Shown in pieces: positions 42,506 to 56,200 of a DNA stretch of 64,000 nucleotides. The position numbers were made by a program, and so were the translations under genes. The stretch lies in the NCBI RefSeq assembly GCF_001194135.2, contig NC_069006.1, forward strand, positions 23,026,976 through 23,090,975, in the 5' to 3' direction. Origin of the DNA: Octopus bimaculoides (Eukaryota). Positions within the stretch are counted from its first letter, which is position 1. Each line of letters begins with the position of its first letter. Under the pieces are notes generated by a model. The model was not told where the DNA came from. It worked only from the letters and a program-made list of their open reading frames with translations, and made no database searches.

Positions 42506-45500
42506 CTGACCCAAATCCACAAATTCAATGGTCCAAATTGGAAGGCCGTATCTCTGACAATGCCATTTATGGTAATGGAGTACTCATTCTGCCTAGAGTC
42601 AGAGTTGAAGATGCTGGTACTTACAAATGTACTTTAAGAACAACAGCTGGAGAAGTTGTTGAAACTAAGATTTCCTTATTTATCAGATGTGAGTAATAAC
42701 AGTTGTTTATTTTTTTTATTTTGCTTTCCTGTTTTTCTTGGGTTTTTTTTTTTCTTGATTCATGCTTCTAGAGAATGATGACACTCAGTAATTGTGGCTA
42801 TTGTACTCCTTACTTCTTATAGATACAAACTCCTTCAACATACATACAGAACATTTTGAATTTATAAATCAGTAAATATTGTACACATTAATGACATACA
42901 CAGTATGCCCAACATAATAGACATACAGTAATACGTAACACACTGCATGTATTTATATATCCCTATTTACATGTACAGACAATACCCTTTGCATATTACT
43001 ATAATACATTTTTACATATAAATATCATCCATTTTGTATACATGTAGCTTGATCAGAATTTCATCTACTATTGAAATTGCAGATTTCAGTATTTCTGTTC
43101 TGTTGTTAACTATAGTTTATTTTGAAATTGTTCAGCTCAACCTGTTATTGATGTTGATACAAGCCGTAATTCTGCCCCTCTGGGAACTCCCACTACCCTG
43201 GGATGCAATGCTGAAGGAAATCCACAACCATATATTACTTGGACCAAAGAGAATGGAGAGTTGCCAAGGTAAGAGATTTAATGTAGCAATTCCCTTCGTT
43301 AATTAATTAGTTTCTTGTATGCCAAATCAGTTGAAGAATTAAAGGAAAAGTTTCAAATTTGGAATCAGAACCTAAAATTAAAATGTCTACGATTAAACAT
43401 AGCAAAAAGTCTTAGCTAGTAGAGAGAAGGCAAAAGAAGCACTGCTGCCAACTGGGAAGTGGTGATGTTGAGTTTAGAGAAAATGTATGAGTAGACCTAT
43501 ATTATGTATAATGTAAACTATGTGTACAGAAGTCATGCAGCAGGTTCACAGGCAGGATGGGGCAGAAAAGAAAGATTTTTGATATAGAAGATGCACAGTA
43601 ATAATTAGCAGTAAAAGCACCAATGAAATAAATTCCTTCAAATGCATGATTGTTCACAAAATACATCATAAAGTCTGGTTTTGTTTTTTTAATGTAGGAA
43701 AAAGAACTTTTGCTCTAAAGTTTGGAACATGTGTCACTCTATGACATACAAACTTATTTCAGTTATCCAAATTTATTTATATATTTAAATACTGTGTTTA
43801 TTTTCATGAATATATATTGTGCTATTTAAGTGTAATTCTTGTAGCAGAAGACTGAACCTACAACCTGTGAACCCATAGTAATTCAATCCCTTATTCACTA
43901 TTCACTTCGCCATGATATCTCCATTGATATTATTATTTCTTTACCTGTTGTGTCTTTCTGTAACAGTGATCATAGCATTGTCGACGGAAACCTCTACATC
44001 CCTAAAGTAGAAAAAGACGATGCTGGAACATACTATTGCTCAGCCACAAATAGGTATGAAACTGCACGGCACCCTGTGACTCTTTCAGTTTCTGGTAAGA
44101 TCAAACAGAATTTTTTTTTCCTTTCATCATTATCATCATCATCATCATCATCGTCATCAGCACCAACAACAATATTTTAATGTCTGTTTTCCATGCTGGC
44201 ATGGGTTGGACAGATTGGCTATATTCCCTCTACTACTAACGTTTGTAGCCTTGTGCCAATAATATTGGGAATCTTATTACTTAAATATGTGCCAGATACC
44301 ATTTTGTAGCAACAATTTCATATCCTGCTTGAGATTTTTTTTTATTTTCTTAATACTTTTCACTGTGGTGTAGACATTCATAACCTTTTCTGCTCATTCC
44401 CACATCCCATCTAGGAAATTATTATTATTACTGCTCTACTGTCTGGCAACCTCCAAACTCCAGTTTAAAAAGCATATGGATCAAACAATGCTACACAAAT
44501 CCCATAATTAATAGGATATGCAGTGCAAGGACCATTAAACACTGCCCTTTCCTTCAGACTTAATAGTTTCAGTAAAACATTAAAGCAAAACCTATCATTA
44601 AGCCCAATGCATTGTCAATAGTAGAAGAAAACTCCATTTGGTAAGTTGTTTGTCATTGACAAGACCAAGAAAGGTTGAAATCACATGATCTGATAGTCTC
44701 TGCACTGGAGTTTGTGGGGATTTATCTCCCCACTAGCGATATAAACAAGTGCATTTTGCACCAGAAAGCCAATATGAGAGTTTCTCACATAACTGGCACA
44801 GTATAGTTTGTTCTGATAGAACATCCATGTTTAAGTGGGGATAAATATTACCTCTCAAAAGTTTTATATATTTGTATATGAGAAAATTTAACATTTTTGT
44901 CTGTTTCTTTTTTTCCAGACCTTGTTCCTTATTTCCCCCAAGAACCACAATCCTATATTGAATATCCTCCATTGAGAACTGCCTATCTGGACTTTGACAT
45001 CATTATTTCTTTCCGTCCAAGAGTTACAGACGGTAAGTTTTGGTGTTACTGTTGTTTCTACTGGAGGGGGGGGGGTTATTATCCATTGCATTAAACTAGG
45101 CAGAATGTACTACAAATATTTAGGTATGTAAAATAGGACATTGTACTAGTTACACCTTAACCAATGGCATTAACTGCACATGGGAAAAATTGTGATTCAT
45201 TGAAGAATCAGTACTTGGTTGTATTTTAAATTTAAGTAAAGCACTTTCTAGTACATGGTGTTCACCACATTAAAAAGGAATAATGATAGATTGACAGTGT
45301 TACTGTTATTCTTATTGGTGTTGTTGTAATGGTGAAATTGATTCATTTTTATTATTTTGCACATTTCGGCAGGATTGATCATGTATGAAGGACAAGCCAC
45401 TGAAAATGGAGACTTCATGTGCCTAGGTCTGCGTGGACGCTATCCAGAATTCCGTTTCAATGTTGGTTCTGGCCCAGCCATCATACGAGGAAACCAGAGT

Positions 45501-47050
45501 CTTGAACTTAACAAATGGCACACTGTACGTCTGAAGAGAGACCGTAAGGAAGGTAAGCAGTAAACTCTTAATAGAATCTAATATTTCCAATTTGCTATTC
45601 AGAATTCCAAATATGTAGTCATGCATGATTGATTAGGCAATATTTGTTGCATGAATGAAACTATATATTTCCAGTAAACCAGCTAAATTGGTTCTGATTA
45701 ACACAGGTCATATGGTGAAATGAGTGAACCAAATTACTGTCTACTATATATTTGATCACTATAAACAAATCATCTGTACAGTTTGTTCAGAAAGAAATTG
45801 CAGAACTCTCGTCCATCATCCATGACAAGAGAGTCCATGATATATTTCTTCTACAATATATTCTGATTTTCTTTATATTTTTCTCCATTAGGTAAACTTA
45901 TTATTGATGGCCAACCTTTTGTTGGCACTGCACCAGGACCATTCCAGGGACTTGACCTCAACCAACCTTTGTACCTTGGAGGTTTACCTGACTTCAATGC
46001 CATTCCTCAGTCCGTTGGTTTTGACAGAGGATTTGTTGGTAAGTTCATTATATTATCATTATACCTTTTTGTTTTTTGTTTTTTTCCTGTATTCTAAAAT
46101 AACTGAAGTGTGATGAAAATGGGAAGGGTTGGGGAAAAAAAAACTTTGTGGTATTTAGTTAATCCTGAAATGAATCTGCAAGAGTCGGCTTTTCAATTTG
46201 TCCTTTCTGGGTTGATAAAATTCAGTGACAGTCAAATACTATTATTGATGCAATTGACTGTTCCTCTCCCTCCCTCCTTTGAAAAAAAGTGACTATAATG
46301 CTATAATGGTGATGATAATGACAGTGATGAGTGGAAGATATTGATGAAAATGATGAAGCAGAAGATGAAATGCTAATAATGGCCGTAATGTTGAGGAGGA
46401 AGAGGAGGACGATGGTGGCAACAACGATGATGATTGGCTGAAAAAGAGGAAGATGGTGAGAAAGTAACAGTGATGAAGACGTGATGATGGCAAAATTTCC
46501 AAGATTTTAATTTGTTTTTTTTTGTCTTTTTTATCCCATAGGTGGAGTGAGTCAAGTGGTAATTGGAGGCCAGGAATTGAACCTTGGAGGTGATGCAACT
46601 CAAGTGGTTGGCATCAGACAAGCAGATGTGTGCTCTGCGTCACCTTGTTTCAATGGTGGAACATGTGTTCCAAAGAATTCTGAATATGGTTTTGCTTGCT
46701 TCTGTCCACAGGGCTTTGCAGGTTACCAATGTGACACTGTTGGAGAACGTTGTTTCCCAGGTAAATTACATCAATTATTTCATTTCTTTTTTCTAGGTGC
46801 AATCCCATGGTCATTCGTGACTGAAAGGATTTTTACTTTACATGCTCTGAGTTCAGATTTCTCCATATTTGCACATCACCTTTGTAGAAACAATACAATT
46901 AATACTGGCAGTTTGGCAGTATACTTTAGTGAAACATTTTACCATCTGTGCTAAGTTACAATAGTAAAATTTGTATTTTAGTAAGGGACCAATATTTTTT
47001 TCTTCAAACAGTAAAACGTGTGTGAGAGAGAGAGAGAGAGAGAGTGTGTG

Positions 47051-47094
<44 letters not shown>

Positions 47095-47730
47095 NNNNNN
47101 NNNNNNNNNNNNNNNNNNNNNNNNNNNNNNNNNNNNNNNNNNNNNNNNNNNNNNNNNNNNNNNNNNNNNNNNNNNNNNNNNNNNNNNNNNNNNNNNNNNN
47201 NNNNNNNNNNNNNNNNNNNNNNNNNNNNNNNNNNNNNNNNNNNNNNNNNNNNNNNNNNNNNNNNNNNNNNNNNNNNNNNNNNNNNNNNNNNNNNNNNNNN
47301 NNNNNNNNNNNNNNNNNNNNNNNNNNNNNNNNNNNNNNNNNNNNNNNNNNNNNNNNNNNNNNNNNNNNNNNNNNNNNNNNNNNNNNNNNNNNNNNNNNNN
47401 NNNNNNNNNNNNNNNNNNNNNNNNNNNNNNNNNNNNNNNNNNNNNNNNNNNNNNNNNNNNNNNNNNNNNNNNNNNNNNNNNNNNNNNNNNNNNNNNNNNN
47501 NNNNNNNNNNNNNNNNNNNNNNNNNNNNNNNNNNNNNNNNNNNNNNNNNNNNNNNNNNNNNNNNNNNNNNNNNNNNNNNNNNNNNNNNNNNNNNNNNNNN
47601 NNNNNNNNNNNNNNNNNNNNNNNNNNNNNNNNNNNNNNNNNNNNNNNNNNNNNNNNNNNNNNNNNNNNNNNNNNNNNNNNNNNNNNNNNNNNNNNNNNNN
47701 NNNNNNNNNNNNNNNNNNNNNNNNNNNNNN

Positions 47731-47769
<39 letters not shown>

Positions 47770-48605
47770 ATTTAATATATTATGTAGATTGTAAATATAT
47801 ATATATGTAAACCTTTTTTCATGTTTGCTTTAATTCTGGCCTTATTACAAGCTTTCTTATTACCTCTTGAACTATATTTTTTTCTCTTCTCTAGTCTTAC
47901 TTTGTCTTATGCCAGAGCTTTAAATCACCCCAGCTTGTTTTCAATTATCTCCCTTTGATTCTATACCTCTTTTAAATCTTCAACTAGTGCTTTGTCTTGG
48001 TTTGATCTCATGACTGCTTATTAATTTTCAGGGCAATCTTTGCCTTCGTTTGATTAACTTTTCTCTATCATTTTTCATCTTGTTCATCCAATCCATCTGT
48101 TCAGCAATTATTAAGTGATATTTCTTTAAATCAACACGTTTCCCATCTCAAGTCATTACAAATTTCATCTTTTGTCACTGTTCGTTCATCTGTCCTCAGA
48201 ATCAATATTACTTGCCTTTCAGTGTGCACAAACATCTCTGTATTTTGTATCTTAGATGAAATAAAGATAAATGAATAAATGCCACTGTTTACAGTTTGTG
48301 TATATGATGAGATATATATAGCCTTGATCAATAGAACTATTTGGAAAACTTTTCATTCATTTCACCATCACCTCATTCATCATTATCGTCATATACCAAT
48401 TGCCACTTCTTTAACCTTTATAACACTGCCTTCTATTACAGTGATATTTTAGCTATAAGCTGCATGAAGTTAGCTTCCACCAGCCTTTTCTGTCCTTTTT
48501 TGGCCTTATTATAAAATATATATTTTTTAATATGTATAGAGATATATGTGTATATATATGCATATGGTGTGTGTGTGTGTGTGTGTGTGTCTGTGTGCAT
48601 GTGCA

Positions 48606-48651
<46 letters not shown>

Positions 48652-51210
48652 NNNNNNNNNNNNNNNNNNNNNNNNNNNNNNNNNNNNNNNNNNNNNNNNN
48701 NNNNNNNNNNNNNNNNNNNNNNNNNNNNNNNNNNNNNNNNNNNNNNNNNNNNNNNNNNNNNNNNNNNNNNNNNNNNNNNNNNNNNNNNNNNNNNNNNNNN
48801 NNNNNNNNNAACAATATGCAACTTGTTCCGCTGTCAGTCTCTTATCTTGCTTCATCCAAAACTGCGTGAGATGATATAACCTTCACTTGCAGTCACTAAC
48901 ACTTGCACTGAGTAACTCTATACAATACCTTCTATTACAGCTCTCCCTCTCTCCCTCTCTCTCTTCTCTCTCTCCCTCTCTCTCTCTCTTTCTCTCTCTC
49001 CCCCTCTCTCTCTCTCGCTCTCTCTTCTCTCTCTCATTTTCACACTTTCCTGCTGCGTTTCACCTCCAATGGTTGTTTTCCAGTTTTGCTAACTTTTTTT
49101 TTTTTCCTTTCTCGTGTTTGATTTGTTCCTTACCTTCCATCATTTCTTGAAGGAAGGATAACCAATTCATTGCACATAAATTTTAACAACAAAATCTTCT
49201 ATGGACACCAAAGGACAATGTGGACCCTGGCTGAGCACCACTGATTTACTTAATGCAAGCAACACTTTCAAAAAAGACTAATTTGGATGGTCACAGTTGG
49301 AATGCCTTTGATCTACTGGTCATATTAATTGACCTGAAACTAAACAACAATGGCTTGACTTAGATATAAAGTAGATTCTATTAAGGTTCATTCAACTAAT
49401 TATATTTCTTCCTACACAGAAATTAACTTTATTCATAATCAAAGGATATTAATTAGTAACATACTCAGTTTATACTTGTATATGGTAAGTGTATATACTT
49501 GCAACCCCTCAAGGAAATTCATGTCTTTAATCCTTTTAATTTCTTTATACAAATACAAACTATCAATTCTCAATAAAATTATTAAATACATTTTCTATTC
49601 TTCATTTCACCTCCACCCTTTCAACATTTTTCATTTATTTTTTCTTGACCCCTGCTTTTGTCACCTGAATATACATCAACCTCAGGAGTAACAGTGAAAG
49701 ACCCATTCTTCAACAAGACCTCCTACATTTCCTACCCAGCTATCAATGACGGCCACAAGGTTTTAACTATTGACATCCAAATTAAACCCCACACTCTGGA
49801 TGATGGTATCATTCTCTATGAAGGTCAGCAACAGAATGGAAATGGAGATTTTGTTGCCTTGCTTCTTAAAGATCATGGCTATCTGGAATTCCGATTTGAT
49901 GTTGGATCGGGTCAGTATTGGTTCCATTAAATTCCTTTGTTTGATTTCAGTGGTTTTTGTTGTTGTTGTTGTTTTTTTCTTTTTTTGTCTGTTTAAATTT
50001 GTGTGGTAAAAAGAAAATTTGTTTCTTACAAAATTTTAAAGAACTTTTTGTAAATCTTTCATTGATATGAAAATAAAATAAAATAAAATAAGAGTAGTTT
50101 TAAAGAAGCTTGAAACAATCTATTCTGTTGGTAACAAAGAGTTTCTTTGTTCCTGAAAAAAAAAACAGACAAAGATACATATGTGTGATACTTATGAAAG
50201 TCATGAGTATTGAATGTGAAAAATCTGTACAAGTATCTTCTATAATCACTGGCTAACTAAAGCCTTGTGAATGGATTTGGTAGATGGAAACTGAAAGAAG
50301 CCTGTCATATATAGATATATATGTGTATGTGTGTCTTTGTGTCTGTGTTTGTCCCCTGCCACCATGTGACAACCAGTGTTGGTGTATTTGTGTCCCCATA
50401 ACTTACCAGTTCAGCAAAGACACCGATAGAATAAGTACCAGACTTAAAATAAGTAAGTCCTAGGGTCAATTCATTTGACTAAAAATTCTTCAAGGCAGTG
50501 CCCCAGCATGGCTGCAGATAAATGAGTGAACCATGTAAAATATAAAAGACAACTGCTTAGTTGTCCTTCTGTGCCACATCAATAAATTTCTATTTTCTTT
50601 TCGTCTCTCACCAGGCCCTGCTATCATCAGAAGTGCCGAGCCTATCAAGGCCAATGAATGGGTTAATGTTAAACTTCATCGCAAGGACAATGTTGGTATG
50701 TTGCAAGTAGGTGATAGCGCACCAGTGGAAGGTAAATGCTGTTTTTTATACTTTCTATACACCATACATTAATGTATATGTATGTGTATATATATATATA
50801 TATATATATGCCTTGGTGTATATGTGTGCATCTGTATATATACATGAGTGTGTGTGTGTATGTGTGTGCGTGTAATTCAGTCTAAATGCATAAAACATTT
50901 CAAACACTTTTGCTACCTGTTTTGAATATGAACTTTAAAACATCCGTCCTTCATAATCCTGCACACATGCATATCTCTCAGTTCTGTTATGACTAGCTTT
51001 CACTACTGCCATCACCTTCTTCCTCAATCCCCACCACTCTGAACTAAATCAAGGGATTCTTGTGACAGGAAAACTAAAATTGCTGTGGGTTCTCATACCT
51101 TTCCAACACTGACAGCATACAATGATTTTGGAATTAATTGTCACATGTGCATGCATGCATACATACTTGTGTATATATGTAAATACATGCATACTTGTGT
51201 ATATATGTAA

Positions 51211-51246
<36 letters not shown>

Positions 51247-51434
51247 GGGAGAATATACAAATAATAACATCAGACGAGGACAGGTGGTGTAAATAACAAA
51301 AGGATATATTAGTATGACGCTCGGGAATACGGAAAGTCTTTGACGTTTCGAGCTACGCTCTTCAACAGAAAGAATACGGAGACAAGGAGAAAATCACGGA
51401 GAAAAAAAATTGAATAGTGTTAAGTCAACGGTCA

Positions 51435-51470
<36 letters not shown>

Positions 51471-52023
51471 TATATAAAGGGCATTATAATTAATTATATA
51501 TAATTAAATATATCTATGAAGAAACAATGAATTTTTTCATTACGAAATTTTTCGTTATTTTTTCATTATGAGGTTTTTTCACGCTGACTACTTGATAAAT
51601 TCTTATAAAGAATTTATCCTATATTATATTATATATATATATATATATACATATCAGGACAATTACCCCCCATAGGACAATTACCCTCCTTGGTTAATTA
51701 CCCCCTCTCCAATATATTAAGAAGTTTTTAATCATTCATCTGGTCCATCTAACAAGCTTCCTTCTACACACACAGTTTTGCTGTCCATCAAATTTCACCC
51801 ACTTAATCTACAATTAACCTTACCTTCTATGTTGGTACTATATTTTATGCAACAATCATTACAGAATTGAGAGAATATGTCTCCAGCGCAAGACACGGAT
51901 ATGTTAAAGATCTTAATAATGGCAAAAAACAGATCTCTGTGAAACTTTCAAAACTTCCAAGAATGACTTCCATCTATCTAGTTAACTTATTTTTTCTTGT
52001 TTTATTCTATAAACATACATACA

Positions 52024-52059
<36 letters not shown>

Positions 52060-53230
52060 TATATATATTAACCTGACCATCTGTTTGCATTAGAATAATA
52101 TTGGATTTCCTGTCAGGGTAACTGAATTGTTAGTCTTTTGTGTTTCACTAATAACTAATCTGTAGAGTTGTTAGAAAACTAAAGAAATTCGAATGAAGAA
52201 TGATATCAAAACTATAAATTTTGTATGTTTAAATAATTTTCTTTTCTTATGTAACCTATAATTCTTTTGATAATCAGTGAAATATAAATTGTTGGAAATG
52301 AGAAAAGAGAAGAAAAATACCATTTTTCTCTTTAAAAAAAATAAAAAAGTTGTTTTATACACTCTATTAATCAATTTTCTATTTTTCTACTCATTATCAA
52401 TTTATAGCTGAAATAGCTGTGAAAAATTATCAAAGTGGACCTTAAATGTGAAGCTGTGCACATGATATTCTCTCATTCCATTTACTTGATATTCTTTCAT
52501 TCCATTAATATGATATTCTCTCACTCCATTAACTTGATATTCTCTCATACCATTAACTTACTGTTCTATTGTATTCATTTCTTGCTCTCTCCTGTCACTT
52601 AAAAAACTTCTTTACTCTTAGTAATTTGTAACTCTTACTTGGCATAAATATAACAAATTCTTTAACTTATTATTGCTACCTTTGTCAAGGATCATGGATT
52701 GGCAGAATCAACAGAGCATTAGAGAGAATGCCTGGTGATATTTCATTGTTTTGCTACGCTGTGTTTTGAGCTAAAATCCCATGGAGCAATGGAGGAGGAT
52801 GGAGACAGTTTTATCTTTCTTCCTGTTCTCTGGGGTCAGTTTTTACCCTTCATTCTTCCAGTGTCAGGAGGATGAAAGTAGCAGTCAAATACCCAAAGTT
52901 AATTTAATCAACTTTACACTTTGTACCTATCAAGAAATCATTATCAGCACTGTCTCTGAGGTTTTGAATTTGTGCCATGTTCTTGGCACTAATCTCTGCC
53001 TATTCCCTTTAGATTCCTTTTCATTACTCTCAGCGCACACTTAAAGTCTCTTTACTGTTCTACCAGGTCAAATCAAAGAGCTTAGTTCTTTTACAGATGA
53101 AGACCAATATATTCATTCCTCTATAAAAAAAATTAAAAAAATTTGCTTTGTTCTGCTTAGTCAAAAAACAAAAAGAATTAAAATTATTATTTTCAATATT
53201 ACTTCTTTCTGATGAATTCAAGTTCTTGGA

Positions 53231-53261
<31 letters not shown>

Positions 53262-56200
53262 GTCATTTTCTTTATTGGGGAAGATGGTCCAGCTATTGAA
53301 AAAAATCTATTCCATTAACCAGTTTCACTTATTTCCCCACTCTTTGATCTAACCAACACCAGCTATACCAGATTTAATAATATTAAAAAAGAAAACACAA
53401 GGATTTTTTGTCTCTTTTCATGTTGTATGTATTCTTATGTTTATTGTTGATGTTGTTCCTCTTAGTTTAGCAACTTAATGAATGTGTATTTTGATTGATT
53501 AATTAATCAATTAACTTTTTTGACATGTATTTTGTAACGAAAATGAAAAACCAACCAATTTTTTTTATTAATCGTCTTTCTACTGAATTTCTTCTTTTGT
53601 CCCCCAGTGAGACCTGGGAACACAGAAATAGTCTTGTCTCGAGGAGGTATATATGCTTATCTTACCTGTCTCTAGCATCTTTGCTGAAGTGGTCAGGTGG
53701 ATTGGCACTTCTTTTCCAGAAGTCTTCTCCACCTTTTATTAACAATTTTTTTCTCCTTTTTTTTCTCGCTCTTTCTCTCTGTCTCTTTCTGTCTCTCTTT
53801 ATTTCTGCCCAAAACTCAATAGAACAAAGACAGAATTTCTAAAGATGCATTTTCTAAATAGTTAGAAGAAAATATTTGTTTAGAACACAATAAATCAGAA
53901 CATCTAACCCATGAATATGTTGATACAGTTATATATTAGGAAAGCTTTAGCTTTGGAGATTACAGATGATATAGAAACATCCTATTGTTCTCTTGAGTTA
54001 TTTTTCTGACAACTTAAACTTGAGAGAACAATAGGACATCTACATCATTTGTGGTCTCCACAGTTAATGCTTCCAAATAAATAATTGTAGTTATATCTAC
54101 ATTATACATGTTACAAGTATTCTAATATTTACATTAATAGTAATATCTGTAAAGATTTTGAAAAACCTTGCTCAGGCTTTCACATTAGAGAGGAACTTTT
54201 CAGCTTCTGGCCCATAGTCCTACGAGATATATGGAAGCTCCAGAAAGTGTTGACCAGACAAAATGTTTTAGTAGACAACTTAACAAACAGATTAAACACA
54301 GAAATTGATCAGTAAGTTAATGTTGACATATTTAATGAATGATGCATAAAAATAGCTAAGTAGAAATTAAAATGTGGGAGATAAACAAATCATAATTCTT
54401 CAGTGATTCCAATTTTGTTGAAATTGTGACACTCCACCAAAATATGTGGCCTTGTGCAAATGCGAGGAATCAGTATTGTTTTTCAACAAGCATGGGAGAT
54501 AACTACAAATATGTTTCAGTATTATTATGACTTCATTAGTGAAGCCTAATCTTCACCATGCTTGATGAAGTAGTGAATATACATATTGTGTATTCATTGA
54601 GTATAGGAAAATAGATTTGTTTAGAGGTTCAATAAGTCATTACTGCCTTGTACATAGAGCACAAGAGGTAAAATTAATGTTAACATATATGAAAATCATA
54701 TTAGTCAATGACTTATATTGTTTTCTTCTGTTTTTTTTTCTCATTGCGTATTTATTTTTGATAGTTTTACAATGTTTCCTGCTTTAAATGTATTAGCACT
54801 AATTTACTTATTGTTTTTTTTTATGTAGCTGACATCTGTGATTCAATTGAGTTGTTAACAAATTGTTTTACCTGTCTAATTCATTATACTATAATAACTG
54901 CAGCTACACTGCTTGTCAATTCAATTTCTAGGTTTAAACTCAGACAGGGAGTTGGATGACTTTTACATTCTTCATCGACTATAAATATTAGTTTCAATGA
55001 CTTTTCATAAAGGGAACATAGTATTAGTGAAGAAAAAAACTATTATAATATTACAAATGTAATAACATTTTTGATAATCAAATAGTTATCTGTTTATTTT
55101 GCCGTCTAAACCAAACTTAAATATCATTTCTAAATTCTTTGATTATTCAGTCATTGATTCTTTTGAGTTTTGGGAGAAATATCTAACACAAATTCTACTC
55201 AGCTTTTTATTTTTTATTTCATTTTTATTTATTTTTTTCATTATGATATTTTATTTACATTTTTATTTATTTTACTTTCTTTTTACAATTTATTTTAAAC
55301 ATACCCTCTGCCGGCCTTTTGTTGTCACACGAGAGTATGCACCAGTTTCAAAACCTTTTTCTCAGGCTTCACTTTGCTTCAATTTCTCCTGAATTTTACC
55401 CTTAATCGGGGCACTCTTTCAGCAATGAAACCAAACAGTTTTAATATCCTCTATATTTGATTCTTAATGTCCTATATATTTGATGAAAATATTTCTGTCA
55501 CATTTTGATATTGATCTTTTGAGAGTTAATACAATTGGGATCAGACATAGGTTTAATTGACTATTTCTCCATATTGTTCTTATTAATGACCTTTATATCA
55601 TCTAAGTAATTGTATGGTAGGAATAAACCAACTAGAGAATGACTTCGCATTTTATGTGTCTCTGGTACTAAAATATATCAGTACCAGCTATATACTGAAG
55701 TCGGCTCAGTTGTCTATATTTCCTACTCTGACAAAATTTGACCTGAATTGATTGCATACAGAATTCATTGTGTCTACACTCCAAGAGTTATCCTTGTTCT
55801 AATTCATCTTAATTCACCAGCCCACTCTCACTCTTTCACACATTGGCATGTTGTGTTTACCTCTTGCTTGTTAGCAATATGTCTTTAATGGCAGCTATTT
55901 TATTCCCCTTTCTCTTCTATCAAAACCTTGAAAATTTGCTGTCAGTTCTGATGTTCACCTCACTTCTAGCTAAGCCAGTTCTGTTATGCTCATTCCACTC
56001 TTTTCTAAAGCAAACATCCTGCTACTCTTCACAAGGTTACTCTCTATACTTACATCTGCACCTCACCTTTCTGCTTATTTTAACTTTGTCTTATTCTATC
56101 TGTATGCTGTAGATCACAACTCTATTATTAATTCCATACATGAGAAAATTAGCGTTGAAGACAAATATTTGATGTTAAAAGGGCCCAGTGAACAACAGAC

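Noticed and set aside
46300-46490. Acidic-looking GAT/GAA-rich stretch as an Asp/Glu-rich exon or GAG-attachment region
   Set aside because: Degenerate trinucleotide repeat with frame shifts and stops, and no splice sites in phase.
51799-51980. Short ORFs on both strands ([15 protein letters not shown]; [11 protein letters not shown])
   Set aside because: No recognisable domain, and the splice signals do not fit the perlecan frame.
53067-53213. Phase-1 reading after ctaccag ([19 protein letters not shown]..stop) as a terminal exon
   Set aside because: It runs into A-rich low-complexity sequence with no donor; not distinguishable from chance.
54176-54311. Open segment ending at a strong CA|gtaagt donor
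   Set aside because: From acceptor 54175 it is 136 nt (frame-shifting); from acceptor 54203 it is 108 nt with an in-frame TAG. At best a poison exon, with no further support.
54932-54984. [17 protein letters not shown] as an alternative terminal exon
   Set aside because: Modest acceptor and a short ORF; expected by chance in 13 kb of AT-rich intron.
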